DNA of 63,906 bases, filler included, from Folioceros fuciformis (GCA_049999805.1; 13 parts of 13 records of this genome joined end to end with filler, not necessarily neighbours in it); one strand, 5' to 3'. Positions 1-13,048 are shown, counted from the first letter of the whole stretch. A program made the numbers and translations. Notes: generated by a model from the sequence alone, not told the origin.

Positions 1-429
1 CGACAAGCCTCCGCTGTGGAAAATTCGGTGCAGATCTGGACAGGCGCAAGTGTGGCTGGTGTCGTTTCGGTGCCTGGAATGTCTGCTGCTGAATGGACAG
101 GGACGAACAGTTAAATTACTGGTTCGTGTCTGTAGACTAGCTTGTCGTTTCGCTAGTTTAAGTTGTTGTTTTTCTGTTGGCTCTTGACATTGCCAGCTGA
201 AACTTAACATGAAACAGTGGAGAAAGTCTTACCTAGTCTGGTTGTTGGTGGATGTTTTTGCCTCTGTGCTTGTTGGATGGATGAGGACGACTTAGATCTT
301 GATTCCTTGTCTGAGTCGTTAGCCCGCCTAGTCTTAGCATCTGACTATGTTGACAATGTAGGCTTTTTGTCATGTCCTTCTCAAGTCACAGTGACAATTC
401 AATTATCACAACCTCAGTTAGCTGCAATC

Positions 430-3400
430 ATGGCTAACACGTATGTGTCGTCTTCTGTTCCTACTAATGTTCCTGGTGGCTATGGAGGAGACTTCAAAGA
501 AAAGGATCGGTTTTATGGAAAACCAACCAGATATGAGGGTTGGCGAGCTCGGATGAAGGCCTACCTAGATGCGCGGGATGTGTGGGAGAACGTTAATGGT
601 GCTTTGCCTGATCCTCATAAGACTCCAGCATCAGCCCCAGTCCAACCAACTGCTGATGAGATTGCTTTGTGGAACAAAGGCAACAAAATTGCTTTTGCTA
701 TTCTTCTATCTGGCCTGGATGAAGCCACGGTGACAGAAGTTGAATACTTAGAGTCAGCAGCAGCAGTGTGGAATCAGCTCAAAGAAACTTATCAGGTGCA
801 AAACATCCTTACTATGGTTGCTGCTAGGAATGAATTCCACTCTTTTAGGATGAAGGAACGTGATTCTGTTGATGTACATATCATTCGCTTCAGGGTGTTA
901 AGAGCTCAATTAGCTTCGTTGGGCAGTGTGTACTTACTAAGAACGAGGTGGTTGCTCAGCTGTTGTCCAGCCTTCCTCCCTCCTATCAGAGTTTTGTTTC
1001 AACCCAGAATGTTGCCTTGAGATTTTCTGTGGCTGCAGTCTCCGCTGGGCAGACACAAACACTTACATTCAGCGAGCTTACTAGTGCACTCTTTCAAGAA
1101 GAACAGTCCCACCATAGACTTGGGGGACAACATCAAAAAGCCAGGAGTGAGAAGGTGTTATTTGCTGCCAGAGGGAAACCATTTATGAAGAGCAAGGGTA
1201 AGAAGATACCTAGTGGTACAGGAGCTTCACTTACCAAGAGACAAGGAAATTGTCATTGGTGTCAGCTGCCCGGTCATTGGGAGAGAGATTGTCATAAAAA
1301 GAAAGCTGGAGAGCCAAAGAAGGAGGTTCAGTTAGAGGCTCATGTCGTTGCGACGGACAAGGGCTCTGCAACCTCTTCTCGTAAGAGCAGCTCCACTGTT
1401 CTTACAGTCTGTTTCACATCCACCAGGGATTCCTCTTTTGCTTGGTTCATAGACTCTGGTGCTACATCACATGTGTGCAATAATCAGAGTCTGTTCTCTA
1501 CGTTCACATCACAAACACCACCTCAGTTAGTGTATGTGGGGGATGCGCGAGGTGTAGCTTTAAAGGGTTCATGAACAATTACCATTTCATTGCTGGAAGG
1601 TGTGGATATACAGCTTGAAGGCGTTTTGTACATACCTGCTATGTCCAAGAACCTACTATCTGTTAGAGCAGCTACGAAATCAGGCTGCTATGGTTTTACC
1701 TTTGAGCTGCTCCTAGACTTTGCATAGCACGAGGAGAGCTTGTGGATGACTTGTATAGGTTGCATGTCAGTCCTACTTCCCCCTTGGTGTATGCCTTGTC
1801 ATCTTCCTCCGAAGCAAATCTATGGCATGCCAGGTTAGGACATGTCAACAAGGAAAAGCTCAACTTGATGGCCTCTTTGAATAGCTTCAGGGAGAAACTA
1901 TCTGCTTGTTTTAAGAATCTATCAGTGTGTAGCTCTTGTGTTCTTTCTAAGCAGAAGGAGCTACCCTTTAAGAACAAGCAAGCACAAAGGGCAACGGCAG
2001 TCTTGGAACTTGTTCATGCTGACCTTGCTGGAAAGATTCAAGTCAGGTCCTTGGGTGGTGCTGAATGTTACCTTACCTTGACTGATGACTTCTCTCAATA
2101 TACTTGGGTCTTTCCAATCAGGCTTAAGAGTGATGCCTTTGAGTGTATAGAGTCATGGATTTCCTTGGTTCAAAGATAGATTGGAAACCTCATTAAATGT
2201 CTTCGAACGGATCATGGTGGGGAGCTTTTAGGCTACATATATGATGATCTGTTCCAATCACAAGGCATTATTCATTAGTATTCAGTACCATATACTCAGC
2301 AACAGAATGGAGTTGTAGAAAGAAAGAATCAAAATTTAATGGGAATGACAAGAAGTATGCTTAGTTGGGCTGGCTTACCAAAGAGGTTTTGGGCATAAGC
2401 TATTTCAACAGTAGCTTATATCCTGAATTGTGTGCTAACAGCAGCTTTTCCTGGAAAAACCCCCTATGAAGTGTTTTGGAAGAAGAAACCAAAGTCTTCT
2501 ACATCTGAGGGTCTTTGGTTCTCTAGCATATGCATATGTCCCTAAGCCACGTCATCGTAAGCTTGATGATAGACCAAACCATATATTTTTCTAGGGTATT
2601 CAAAAACTTCCAAAGCTTATAGGTTGCTTGATTCACCCATCCAGAGAGTGGTGCTGGCGAGGAGTGTGGTGTTTGATGAACCTATCTCTCCTCATTCAAG
2701 TCTTACTTCAGACCAGCTTGCTTCGGTGGGGGTCAATTTCAGAATCTTTATCTGTGCCTGCTGAAGACAATTTCACTCTTGTCAGTTCAGCAACTGAACT
2801 TCAAAACTTTTCTTATGTGGAATACCCTGGTTTGGATGGAGAGTCTGTTACTAAATTACCTGAACTTGAGGATGCACTAGATGTGGAGCAAGATGATCTC
2901 CCTGATCACCTAGATGCTGATCTTGATCCAGCGGCACCTATCCATTCAGATGATGAGTTAAATGAGGACTTGGATGTTTTAGAAAGTTCTTCTTCTGGTG
3001 GTGAAGACCAGATAGATTCTGAGCCTTCAGTTATTCTTCCTCCAGTTGAAGTCCTTGGTCAACCTGAACCAAGGCATCCTACACATGATAGGCGCCCTAG
3101 GGAGCAGTGGTCTGAACCTCCATAGCAGTCAGTTGATTTTCGTCGCCCTCAAGCTCATGTTGTAGATTTGAGTGTACCTAAAGTACGACCTAATCCCCAA
3201 TCTTATGCTGAAGCATTTCATGGTCCTGATGGACAAAAATGAAAGCTCTCTATTGTTGATGAGTACAACTTGCTTACTAAAAATCAGACGTGGGAATTGG
3301 TTGACTTGCCACCAGGAAGAAAACCCATTAGTTGTAAGTGGGTCTTCAAAACTAAACTCAATGTTGATGGCACTATTGCCAGGTATAAATCTAGGCTAGT

Positions 3401-4254
3401 ATCAAGGGGGTTTAGCCAAATACTAGGGATCGATTATAGTGATACGTTTTCTCCTGTGGTAAAACCCCCTTCCATTCGTAATCTGATGGCCTTGGCAGCT
3501 GAACTAGATTTGAAGGTGCAGCAGATGGATGTCTGCACAGCATTTTTACATGGTGAGTTAGAGGAGATATTATACATGGATCAGCCTAAAGGATTTGTGG
3601 ACAAACAGTACCCATAGAAGATTTGTAGGCTACTCAAAACGATCTATGGTTTGAAAAAGTCTCCTAGGGCTTGGTATAAGCGAATTATGAAGTACCTTAA
3701 ACAGCTTGGGTTTCTCCAGTCTCCTGCTGACAGCAATGTGTTTTTCCTTCCCGCTGGTGCTCAGTTTGTCATCCTTGCGTTGTATGTGGATGAATGGGTG
3801 CTATTGAGCACCAACCTTGAGCAGCTTGCCACAGTAAAAGAGATGTTGCGCTGGGAATTCGAGATGACAGATCAAGGAGATCTTCAGTTTTGTTTGGGCA
3901 TTCAGATATTGAGAAATCGGTCAGCTGGCATAATCACTATGCATCAGACTAAGTATTTGAAAGAAATCCTATGTCGTTTAAACTTACAACATGCTAGATC
4001 TGTTGCTACTCCCTAGGCAATGGGGGTTAGGTTGTCAGCCGAAGATCAGACTTACATTGACAAGGCTAAGATGGCAGCTGTCCCCTATGCTGAGGCAGTA
4101 GGTTGCCTAATTTTTCTCTCTAATTGGACCTGTCCAGACATTAGTTACTCTGGCAATGTTGTGTCTCAGTTCTTGAAGCAACCTCAACGCATACATTGGG
4201 CTGCTGTCAAACGGATTTACAGATATTTGAAAGGCACTGTTTCCTATGGCCTAT
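430..4254 (+). mobile_element. gag-pol: Ty1/copia gag-pol (gag, Zn knuckle, protease, integrase, RT), degenerate, truncated before RNase H
   Basis: CHWCQLPGHWERDC knuckle, WFIDSGAT protease, LWHARLGH, LVHADL, TDDFS, QQNGVVERKN, CKWVFKTK, MDVCTAFLHGEL, LYVDE. Order PR-INT-RT is copia. Several stops and frameshifts. Confidence 0.95.
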
Positions 4255-4309
4255 TGTGAACCTCCAAAGTTTGGGGTAGTAGTTTGTTTTGGTTGAAAAA
4301 GGGTTAATA
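4255..4309. mobile_element. Terminus of a nested LTR (TGTGAACCTCCAAAG family)
   Basis: RT coding ends abruptly at TGTGAACC; a near-identical ~52 nt occurs at 49990-50043 in a different contig. Confidence 0.8.
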
Positions 4310-4409
4310 NNNNNNNNNNNNNNNNNNNNNNNNNNNNNNNNNNNNNNNNNNNNTTAATTAATTAANNNNNNNNNNNNNNNNNNNNNNNNNNNNNNNNNNN
4401 NNNNNNNNN
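4310..4409. other. Artificial contig spacer N44-TTAATTAATTAA-N44 (also 6970-7069, 9635-9734, 10836-10935, 12313-12412, 20763-20862, 34741-34840, 38982-39081, 40148-40247, 43687-43786, 50313-50412, 62183-62282; plain N gap 63150-63249)
   Basis: The same 100-bp unit recurs 12 times, and the 12-mer has stops in all six frames. Confidence 0.98.
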
Positions 4410-4460
4410 CAACCTAGCTTAGTTATTTAATGATTGACGCTAGACTATATCTAAGCTTCA

Positions 4461-5839
4461 CTTTGCACTGTGCAAGTGAAGTCGGAATAGATCATGGTCA
4501 AAAGATCCATAAGCTAAGACCTTACGATGATCAAATGCATCAAGGATCTGGCACTCTGTGGGGGTAAACATAATGTGACTGTTGTTGTCTATGTTCAGTT
4601 GCCTGACAGAAATGAGGTTCCTAGTCATTCCAGGCACATAGTAAACATTGGTAAGGGATAGTTTTAGCCCTGAAGGCACAGGAAGGAACACTGTGCCCTT
4701 TCCTGGAGATACCAATGCCCTGTCATCACCTAAATAGACAAACTGATCCTTTACTTGTCTGTAGGTGGAGAAGGCACTTCTATCAAAGCAAATGTGCGCT
4801 GTTGCACTGTGTCTAAGTACCACTCTTGAAATGGTCTAGACTCTGCTATGGCAGATAAGCATGTGGGAAAGACTAGAGGTTGAGCAAACTCCCTTACCCC
4901 TACTGTCAGGGCGGAAGGAGAGGATTGCATCTTTACTACGATGTGTGTTTCAACATTCACATTGCCCTCCTTGCGAGGTATGCCAACCTGCTTCTTACGA
5001 CACTCGTTTTCCCAATGGCCGGGAATTTTGCACCAGTTGCATTTCCCGGTCTTCTTGGGTTTCTTCTGTGAGGAAGCTCCCTGTGAGCTTCCTACAATAG
5101 GTGTAGTATTTTTGCCTCTAGGGTATGGTTTGTTTCCTCTGCCCTTGTTTGAGGTGTAGAGTGCTTGCTGTTTCCCATGCTTAGGTCCACCTCTCATGGC
5201 TTCTTCTTGAAGAAGTGCTCCCACTAACTCAGAAAAGGTCATGGGAGGTAGCTTGATCCTGGCTGCAGATGCCAGTTTCTGAGCTTGTGCCTGTGAGGTG
5301 TTATAAGAAGTCACAAAATTCGACCAGGAGGCAGGTAATGAAAGCATTAAATAGAGTGCTAACATATCTTCCTTGATGGCTTCCTGTGTTGTTCCTTCCA
5401 ACTTAGAAACAAGATGTCTGAAAGTAGCAATGTGCTTTTCTACTGGGTCACCATCTCGCATCTTGCAGAGTTGAAGGTTTTTGAGGGCTGCCATCTGACT
5501 GGTTGAATTTCCACCAGAGTAAAGCTCACGAAGTCTAGACCAGATATCTAATGCAAATACGGCTCCTAAAGTGTGCTTCAACATTTCAGAGGTTAGGCCA
5601 CACCGTATCATGTACATGGCTGCGTCATTTCTGACTGTCCATGCCTTGACAGTTGCTGCATCATCTGTATCTAACTCATCATTTCCGGTTGTTACATCCC
5701 AGAGTCCTCTGTTCTGAAGAGCATCCTGCATCCTCATTACCCAGATATCATAATTCTCCCCTCCGAACCTGTCCTTTTCCTTAAACATGTCACTGCCTAT
5801 GTTATAGGACAGTTTGGGTGTGGTATCTTCGTCACCCAT
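4461..5839 (-). mobile_element. gag: Ty1/copia gag plus protease, frameshifted near 4800
   Basis: FKEKDRFGGENYDIW, CNWCKIPGHWENEC, WYLD/SATAHIC, NVYYVPGMTRNLISV. Cut at ~4460 by an AT-rich sequence ending TTCA, probably another LTR end. Confidence 0.93.
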
Positions 5840-5965
5840 GTTTGTAGGATTTAACAGACACTAATGTGTGAAGTTGTAACCTGCGCTGTGCAGGTTAATC
5901 ACAACAGAGTTTTAGGAACAGATGTTAGGGGACAAATGATACTTGGTTCATGAAGACATCAGCAA

Positions 5966-6673
5966 TCACAGAACATAAACAGGGTTTGAAACTCTGCACT
6001 TTGCTGCTGTTAAACTGTTTTCTAGTTTTAAATGCCTCATCTTCCACTTATTGTTTGCGTGGGTGGAGTATGATGGGCAACAATTGGGTGCATCAAACCT
6101 GTGACTTCTGTTCGTGTTATTTGTATGCCTGCGTAAGGCTCCAGAATGAGGGGAATTAGCAAGCAAATGTGATCTCGACAAAGTCAACAATTTGAAATTC
6201 AGGTGAGAGATTTGTTCTTTCAGACTTTGAATACCAGCACTAGACACAATAAGGCGTCGAATGACACTGCCATGATTTTTTTTTATGTGGTTTTGATATG
6301 ATTCAAGCCTGGTTAGTAACTGAAAAATCCTTTTGTCTGATGCAGCATGTGTTGTGAGGAGTCCCCTATGATTAGGGTTACCACAAGAAGATCGCTGCAA
6401 TCGCACCACTTGTGGAATCGACTGTCTGGGAAAGTAAGGAGCAAAAGTCAAATATCTCTGACCAGGGTAGAGAGTGTCCACTATTGTATTGAAGGCCTCC
6501 TGTAGGTTTCTGCAAAGATTAGACAGATCTTGATTGCGCAACAGCCATGTCACAATGTGTTGATGGATGTACTCCACAAGATTGTGCCTGTTTTGATTTC
6601 CATTTTGCTGCCTCCTGTTGTTGTTTGCACGCTCAACAGGAACGCGCCAGACATTGTTTCCATTGGTAGCCAT
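5966..6673 (-). CDS. Unknown ~235-aa ORF upstream of copia gag (MATNGNNVW...)
   Basis: Open frame, same strand as gag, ending ~125 nt before the gag ATG. The track ORF's N-terminal part (6675-6919) lies inside an inserted LTR and is probably not part of it. Confidence 0.45.
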   Translation of the reverse strand: MATNGNNVWRVPVERANNNRRQQNGNQNRHNLVEYIHQHIVTWLLRNQDLSNLCRNLQEAFNTIVDTLYPGQRYLTFAPYFPRQSIPQVVRLQRSSCGNPNHRGLLTTHAASDKRIFQLLTRLESYQNHIKKNHGSVIRRLIVSSAGIQSLKEQISHLNFKLLTLSRSHLLANSPHSGALRRHTNNTNRSHRFDAPNCCPSYSTHANNKWKMRHLKLENSLTAAKCRVSNPVYVL

Positions 6674-6674
6674 T

Positions 6675-6969
6675 TGTGGAGGCAAAACCCCGGGCACTGA
6701 TTGCCGACGGATTCCACCTTTAGTGGCCACACTTATCCCACTGTCGTTGAGACATTGGGTTTCGTTCCCACGAAGGAGCGATGGGGTTCCTTGCTGCTGT
6801 GGATGGAGGGTCGGACTTGATCGACTCGATGACGGATTCGAGGGCTCCCCTCCAGCTCCGATCAGGCGTAGGACAGGCCTCGCTGTCCGGCGGTCAGCTG
6901 CACCTCTCTCGGTGCCCACAAACTCACTCCAGTCACTACAACGACTCTAACCTCTCAGATCTGCGTCTT
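6675..6969 (+). mobile_element. 5' end of a nested LTR (TGTGG family)
   Basis: Starts TGTGGAGGCAAAACCC and shares the CCACAC..CCC.CTGTCGT..GG.TTCG.TC block with the LTR ends at 38447, 14853 and 19944. Confidence 0.75.
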
Positions 6970-7069
6970 NNNNNNNNNNNNNNNNNNNNNNNNNNNNNNN
7001 NNNNNNNNNNNNNTTAATTAATTAANNNNNNNNNNNNNNNNNNNNNNNNNNNNNNNNNNNNNNNNNNNN

Positions 7070-9634
7070 CTACGGCACCTGGTGTTGTAGCAGGATGAGC
7101 TTGTTCCATGTGAAACCTGTGTAGAATTTCCGATATATATTTATGCTGATGAATGATGAGCAACCCATCTGACCTAACCCTGAGAACTTGAATCCCTAAA
7201 CAGAAGAGTAAATCTCCGCTGTTAGTCATTTCAAATGTATTCTTTAATAAAGTCTTAACATGTGTCAGAATAGCAGGGTTGCTGGCCGCAAGTATGACAT
7301 CATCGACGTAAAGTGCAAGAACAACATAAGCTGAGCCTTCTCGAAATAGGTAAACATTCGAGTCAGCTTTGGATTGTGTGAAGCTCAGGGACTTCAGGGC
7401 AGTATCACATCTTTTATACCATCGTTCTGCACTCTGTTTTAGTCCATACAGACAATTAAGAGGCAGACGTGGTCTGGATGTGCAGGATCAATGTACCCTT
7501 CCGGCTGTTCCATGAATAATTCTTCCTCAAGAATACCATGGAGAAAAGCTGTGCAGACGTTAAGCTGCTGCAACTCCAAGTCATATTCAGCAGCAAGGGC
7601 AAGAATGATATGAATTGATTGGGCGCGGACCACAGGCGAAAACGTTTCCTGATAATCCAACCCTGCAACTTGGGTAAACCCCCTTGCACATAACCTAGCT
7701 TTATATCGAGCTATATGCCCTTCTGCATTTAATTTGTGCTTAAACACCCACTTACAGGTAATTGCTTTCCTGTTGGCAGGTCTGGGAACGAGTCGCCATG
7801 TGCCATTCTTTATCAAGCTATTATACTCGTCGTCTATAGCGAACTGCCACTTGTCCCTGTCTGGTCCACTGAGAGCCTCTGTAAGAGTAGTTGGCTCTGG
7901 AGGTATATCTGGAGGAAAAGAATTTGCTGAAGCTGTATGACGCTTGAAATCAATGCTGGCATACGGAGGTTCCTTCCATTCAGAGGGTGGAGGTTTATAT
8001 CTTGAGGAGCGACGTGGACCAGTATCCTCTGCAGCTTGCGGAGTTGGTAGCACTGGTACATTAACAGGCTGAGGTCGAGATGGTTGAACATCTTCACCAG
8101 GTAGGTTACCATTCACCTCAGCATTTGGAGTGTCAATAAATTCTAATACATCCGCTGGATTTTCAGCATGCCCATCCACATCTAACCCATTCATGTCTGC
8201 TGCAGGAGGTTGTTGATCAACAGCATCATCAATAGCAGCATCTGGATAATTGAGAGTTGGTTCTGGATTGTCTGCAGGTAAGTTAGGGTTAATACCATCA
8301 GCGTCCAGAGGATACAGAGATAAAAGACCAGGTGTGTCTTGAAAAAGTGCATCTTCAGAATCAGCAGGCTGATCAAAGGGATCATTATTAGACTCATCTC
8401 TCAATGAAGCAGGCTGTAAGGATTCGACAAAGGTAACACTTCTTGCTAGAACAGGTTGCCTGGATAATGGGTCAATTAGTTTATATGCCTTGACAGTTTC
8501 ACTATAACCCACAAATATTAGACGCTGTGAACGATTATCAAGTTTCTTTCGTTTTTCTGCAGGTATAAAAGCATAAGCCTTAGAGCCGAAGATTCTGAGA
8601 TGGAGAAGGCTAGGCTTATGATTCCAGAACAGCTCAAAAGGCGTTGACTTGGATATAAGTGAGCTAGTGGGCAACCTATTAAGTATATAAGTTGAGGTAA
8701 CAACTGCTTCTGCCCAGTAAGGGGATGGAAGCCCTACCCATAGCAACATTGCTCGAGTCATGCTCATTAAAGTTTGGTTTTTCCTTTCAGCAACTCCGTT
8801 CTGTTGCTTTGTATAGGGTACAATTAATTGATGGATAATTCCTTGTGCAGCAAAGAGAGTTTCAAAAGATTGATTTACGAATTCGGTTCCATTATCAGAT
8901 CTGAAGATCTTGAGTAGACAGCCAGTTTGACGCTGTACTGTAAGTAACCAGTCTTGAAAAAGAGAAAAAGTTTCATTTTTCCTCTTCATGGGAAATGTCC
9001 ATGTATACCTAGTATAATCATCTGTTATGGTGAAGTAATAATCTGCCCCTCCAAGTGAAGAAACCTGAAGGCGGCCAGAGATATCGGCATGCACCAATTG
9101 CAAAGGTTCAGAGGATTTGTAAGCTGGGCCTGTAGGGAAGGGTTGTTCCTTTTGTTTTGCTAGGGCACATGTCTCACAGATTGGAAGCTCCTTTAAACAA
9201 GGAGGAAGGGGCTCACGGTAGGAGTCACTAGCACTGAGAGATGACAAGGCTTTAAGATTTAGATGTCCAAGCCGTGCATGCTAGAGAATGGACTGCTGTT
9301 TAGCTGATAGATTTCCTGCACTTGTAGAGTGAGCTTGGTGTTGACCTCCAACAATGCAAGTAAAGTCAAGCCGATAAAGATCATGCTCAGGTAAGGCCTT
9401 GAAAACACACACAGAGGGTAAGTCCTTTCTTGAGAAGCAACAGAAGTCTTCTTTAGATGTTAGCTGGAAGCTTCCATGTTTAAGCAGTCTACTTAGAGAC
9501 AGTAAGTTTTTAGCCATACTAGGCACATATAAAATCTCTGACAATGTAAGGGTAGACCCATCACTTAGCCTGAATACACAGGAACCTTGTCCTAAGATCT
9601 GCAGGCTAGTGGTTTTACGTTCATCACCCAAGTA
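7070..9634 (-). mobile_element. pol: Ty1/copia pol (protease end, integrase, RT)
   Basis: [52 protein letters not shown] after a frameshift at ~7458, LYVDD. Confidence 0.95.
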
Positions 9635-9734
9635 NNNNNNNNNNNNNNNNNNNNNNNNNNNNNNNNNNNNNNNNNNNNTTAATTAATTAANNNNNNNNNN
9701 NNNNNNNNNNNNNNNNNNNNNNNNNNNNNNNNNN

Positions 9735-10025
9735 CATGATGAGGATAGGGAACGGGCCTTGGCTGTTTTCCTTGATGTTCAGGAGAGGAGGAAGATGTGG
9801 CACGACTAGAAGTTGCGTAAACAAGAGTATGTTGTGCCTGGAGATTTAGCCTTGTTATATGACAATAGGTACATGCACTTTCCAGGTAAGCTGCACTTGA
9901 GATGGATGGGACCTTATAGGGTGCTGGAAGTGTATGAGAATGGGTCCATCCAACTACAGCACCTCAACAACCCTAACTTGCCAACTGGGGTTAATGGCTG
10001 GCGAGTGAAGAAATATTATCAGTAA
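9735..10025 (+). mobile_element. pol: Ty3/gypsy integrase C-terminus (GPY/F), non-chromovirus type
   Basis: PGDLALLYD..FPGKLHLRWMGPYRV..NGSIQL..VNGWRVKKYY; no chromodomain follows. Confidence 0.88.
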
Positions 10026-10046
10026 TTGGCGAGGATGCCAACAAAT

Positions 10047-10580
10047 GAGAAGGGGAGTATGTGGACTCCACATGCTGAATAGGTCCTTGGAAAATGGTAG
10101 GATTTCTCTTTTTGGGAATCTCTAAGTGAACCCTGTAGTGAAATGGTTAAAAGATTAGGTTAGATTAGTAGCTAGATTAATGGTGAGGCGAAACACGTCT
10201 TTGAAGGGTTGCTGGAATGATTTGAGAAAAGGGATGGAATGATTTGAGAGAGGAGGGAGGGTGTTGAGAGGCACTGACCATTTTGGTAGTCTTGAGAGGT
10301 TGGTCAATTTTGGTAAGGGCACCCAATGGTGTCCATGGCACACAACCCCTATTAGGTCAGAACTAGGTTTGGATCAAAGTTAGGATTAGGTCAGAGTTAG
10401 GTTTAGGTCAGAGAGAGATTGCTGGGTGGTTGACTGAGGCCAACCCTAATAGATAGAGATGGAGGTTTGGGCCAAGGTAGTATAAGAGACTAGACCTGCC
10501 ATTGAGGAGGGGGCTGTCTTCGGTGCGATTTCCCTGGACGTTGGGTGCAGAACTCCTGGCTTAGGGCGCTGAGATGGTTG

Positions 10581-10631
<51 letters not shown>

Positions 10632-10835
10632 CAATGGCTGACCACCTTGCATGCTGGGTGAGGTGAGTTTGCAGGGCCGTGAGCCAAGGAGGCTACCCAG
10701 CCCTAGGCCTCGCCTCTGCCTTGAAGGCTGCAAGAGGGAAGGCTGTTGTGTTCCAAATTGCAGGAGAGAAGGGTTGAGTTGCAGATTTTGGAAGTGGAAG
10801 TGTTGAAGTGAGGAGTTGAGCTGAAGTGAGGGGCT
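10047..10835 (+). mobile_element. Polypurine tract (10047-10057) and partial 3' LTR from 10060
   Basis: GAGAAGGGGAG-TA-TGTGGAC about 20 nt after the integrase stop; runs to the contig end. Confidence 0.65.
10585..10631. repeat. Poly-T tract (~47 nt)
   Basis: Homopolymer directly visible. Confidence 0.95.
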
Positions 10836-10935
10836 NNNNNNNNNNNNNNNNNNNNNNNNNNNNNNNNNNNNNNNNNNNNTTAATTAATTAANNNNNNNNN
10901 NNNNNNNNNNNNNNNNNNNNNNNNNNNNNNNNNNN

Positions 10936-12312
10936 CGCAATCCTTCCCTTGTAGAGCTTCAGCCACAGTCAATGGTTCCCTTCCGTGTGTCATAGCAATG
11001 GAAGCAAACTCTGGTCCTTCTCTCCAATCCTTAGGTGGCCGTCGCTCCCTTGTCGGATACCTCTTTGGTGGAGGCATTTCTTGCCTTTGTGCTTGCTCCT
11101 CTACTTCTCCTTCATCAGAAATCCCCTTGTTCTCTTCAATAGAAGCATCATCCCTTGTTGTTTCTTCTAGGGCCACTGTAAAGTCATCATCATCATTCAC
11201 AATAGACACATTTGGAATCTTAGTGATAGCAACTCCATTTTCCTCAAAAATCACATCCCTACTAATTATGACACGCTTCGCTCCCTTGTCATACAATCGA
11301 AAAGCTTTTCTCTCCAAGTCATAACCTACAAAAATACACTCCACTGACTTTGCCTCCAACTTGGTTCTTATCTCCTTGGACTTGTGCACAAATGCCTTGC
11401 ACCCAAAGACATGCAAATGAGCAATGGAAGGCTTCCTTCCGGTCCAGCACTCTTCGGGTGTGATGCCCTCCAATGATGCAGTCACACTCCTATTTGTTAG
11501 ATACACAGCAGTTGCAATAGCCTCACCCCAAAACTCATATCCCAATCCTCCATGGTGCAACATACTTCTTGCACATTCTACCAAAGTTCTATTTTTGCGT
11601 TCTGCAACTCCGTTTTGTTGAGGACTATAAGGTGCTGAGAATTGATGAACAATTCCGTGCTCCTTGCAAAACATCTCAAATTCCTTGGACATGTACTCCC
11701 CTCCATTGTCACTTCGTAGAGTCTTGATCTTTCTCCCAATTTGGTTCTCCACAAATACTTTGTACTCCTTGAATTTGGAGAAGCATGCCTCCTTGGATTT
11801 CAAAAAGTACACCTTCGTATATCTAGACTTATCATCCGTGAAGGTAAGAAAATACTTAGCACCTCCTATGGATGTAGTCTTCATGGGACCACAGATGTCT
11901 GTATGCACCACCTCTAACAAATGATTGGATCTACTTCCTTGCTTTGGAAATGGAAGGCGGTGTTGCTTACCCATAATACACCCTTTGCAAAGGCCAATGT
12001 CTTCGTCTTCACCAAGATCGAGTCCTTGCACCATTTTCTTACGATCCATGAGCTTGATGTTTTGAACGCCAAGATGTCCTAGCCTTTGGTGCCATAAGAG
12101 CAACTTGTTAGTGTTCTTTTGTACCACATTTGCCTCCTCGATGCTCGACCTCGGCATGACAACGCTCCCACTCAAGCAATAGAGCTTGCCAATCTTTTCT
12201 CCTTGTGCCCTCACTTCTCCGTGCGCATTAGTGAAAGACACATTAGATCCTTCAAATCTCACTATCAATCCTAGAGAGGTGGCTGCACTCACGGAAAACA
12301 AGTTCTTCCCCA
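10936..12312 (-). mobile_element. pol: Ty1/copia integrase region with an uninterrupted frame
   Basis: [46 protein letters not shown]; no stops across the whole contig. Confidence 0.96.
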
Positions 12313-12412
12313 NNNNNNNNNNNNNNNNNNNNNNNNNNNNNNNNNNNNNNNNNNNNTTAATTAATTAANNNNNNNNNNNNNNNNNNNNNNNNNNNNNNNN
12401 NNNNNNNNNNNN

Positions 12413-13048
12413 CTTCACTCCCGTGTCTTCCACCAGAACCTTCAGTCTGAGGTAAGATGCACGCAATGTCTCGTTAGGCCTGAAAGAAAACCTCGACAGT
12501 TCCTGGATCTTTTCCAGCGAAGCTGTAGGAAACATGGTGGTTAACTTGGCGAACATCAAGTCCACCAGATGCTCGAGCTTGTCCTCGTCAGTAGGGGGTG
12601 CAGTCGAACCAGCCCTCTTGGCCGCCTCGTGCATTGCTTCTCTTCTCTCGGCCACCTTCAGGATCCCAGCCTTCTCATCTCTGTAATACATTAGAGCCTC
12701 ACCCGCAAGGTAGGATGACATCTTCATGAACGCCATCCTCTGAGTGAACTCGTCCTTGTATTTCATCTTGTTTTCCGCCATTGCCCAACGAAACTTCTCC
12801 TCGAAATCTGCAAGAGACATGCTTCCATGTTTTCCTGTGAAGACATCGTTCTTACTTGGTGTGAACTCAAGCTCCATTCTTGCAGACTCTCCGCTCCAAT
12901 CGCCAAACTGTCTCCTTGTGACTGGCGCGTTGTCTCTGTATTGTTCCGGTGTCCTCTTGAATGGCGAGTAGTAGCCGTCGTGCACTTCTCCGACTGAAGA
13001 CGGCGCAGGTGTCCTTTCGTCAGTCCACCCTGATCTCAGGAACACCAT
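12413..13048 (-). CDS. gag: Ty3/gypsy-like gag (capsid) N-terminus
   Basis: FTG..ADFEEKF..YLAGEALMYY..FAKLTTMFP..FRPNETLRASYLRL resembles a retrotransposon gag; lies downstream of a minus-strand LTR. Confidence 0.7.

Noticed and set aside
217..429. N-terminal extension of the first gag
   Set aside because: The track start is GTG, and gag similarity begins after the ATG at 430; more likely an open leader.
4354..4365. Recurring TTAATTAATTAA as a biological motif, and ORFs ending in LIN or running through X
   Set aside because: It is always centred in N44..N44, so it is an assembly linker with six-frame stops.
10446..10733. Poly-lysine protein
   Set aside because: Produced by the poly-T tract.
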